From Octopus sinensis (taxonomy: Eukaryota), in contig NC_042997.1 of assembly GCF_006345805.1 (NCBI RefSeq), forward strand, positions 30,566,001-30,630,000: a stretch of DNA of 64,000 nt. Direction: 5' to 3'. A program made the position numbers and the translations under genes. Each line of letters opens with the position of its first letter. Position 1 is the stretch's first letter. Positions 63,697 through 64,000 of the stretch are shown piece by piece. The notes beneath the pieces were generated by a model, which was not told where the DNA came from, ran no database searches, and saw only the letters and a program-made list of their open reading frames with translations.

Positions 63697-64000
63697 GATA
63701 GAAAAGATGAAGACAAGGCAAGTAAGTACTGGCAAAGTTTGCATTCCGTCTCTTGTTTTGGTTTTTATTACAGCTATTTACAGACATTTTCACAGATTTT
63801 TAATATTTTACAGTGATTCTCTTCAATGTGAAAGATTGAAGTAAATAAAGAAAGGAAAAAAAAAAAATCTATACAAATCTGAAAGCAAAGAAAAACAAAA
63901 TCCACCTAATTACACAAAATTGGGGGCAAAAAGTATTGGTAATGACCTGTTAAATTTTTATAATATAACCACCTTCTTGGAGGGGATCATGATAGGTCAT

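Overview
AT-rich, microsatellite- and retroposon-dense animal DNA. The repeat landscape looks like octopus/coleoid cephalopod; this is inferred from repeat content, not verified. The + strand carries the 3' part of one ADAMTS-family gene. I reconstructed 15 phase-compatible GT-AG coding exons (2804-49032, 2190 nt = 729 aa + stop) encoding the disintegrin-like domain, central TSR, Cys-rich domain, spacer, five C-terminal TSRs and a PLAC domain. The pro and metalloprotease exons were not found and probably lie upstream of the window. Introns and the downstream region hold several tRNA-derived SINE families that swap heads, bodies and tails, RTE and CR1/L2-type LINE ends sharing 3' tails with those SINEs, Penelope-like relics, mariner/Tc1 fragments, non-autonomous Helitrons and foldback MITEs. 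The most notable hidden signal is a set of about nine minimal type I hammerhead-ribozyme motifs. One has a fully canonical core (27899-27941, minus strand), one is locked by an adjacent antisense copy, and one shows the compensatory U3-A8 core. Other points of interest: a tRNA-Ala half fused to a LINE tail, long intronic foldbacks, and two extra cysteines in the ADAMTS protein. No CRISPR array, rRNA or intact tRNA gene was found. Most ORFs in the supplied track are microsatellite artefacts.
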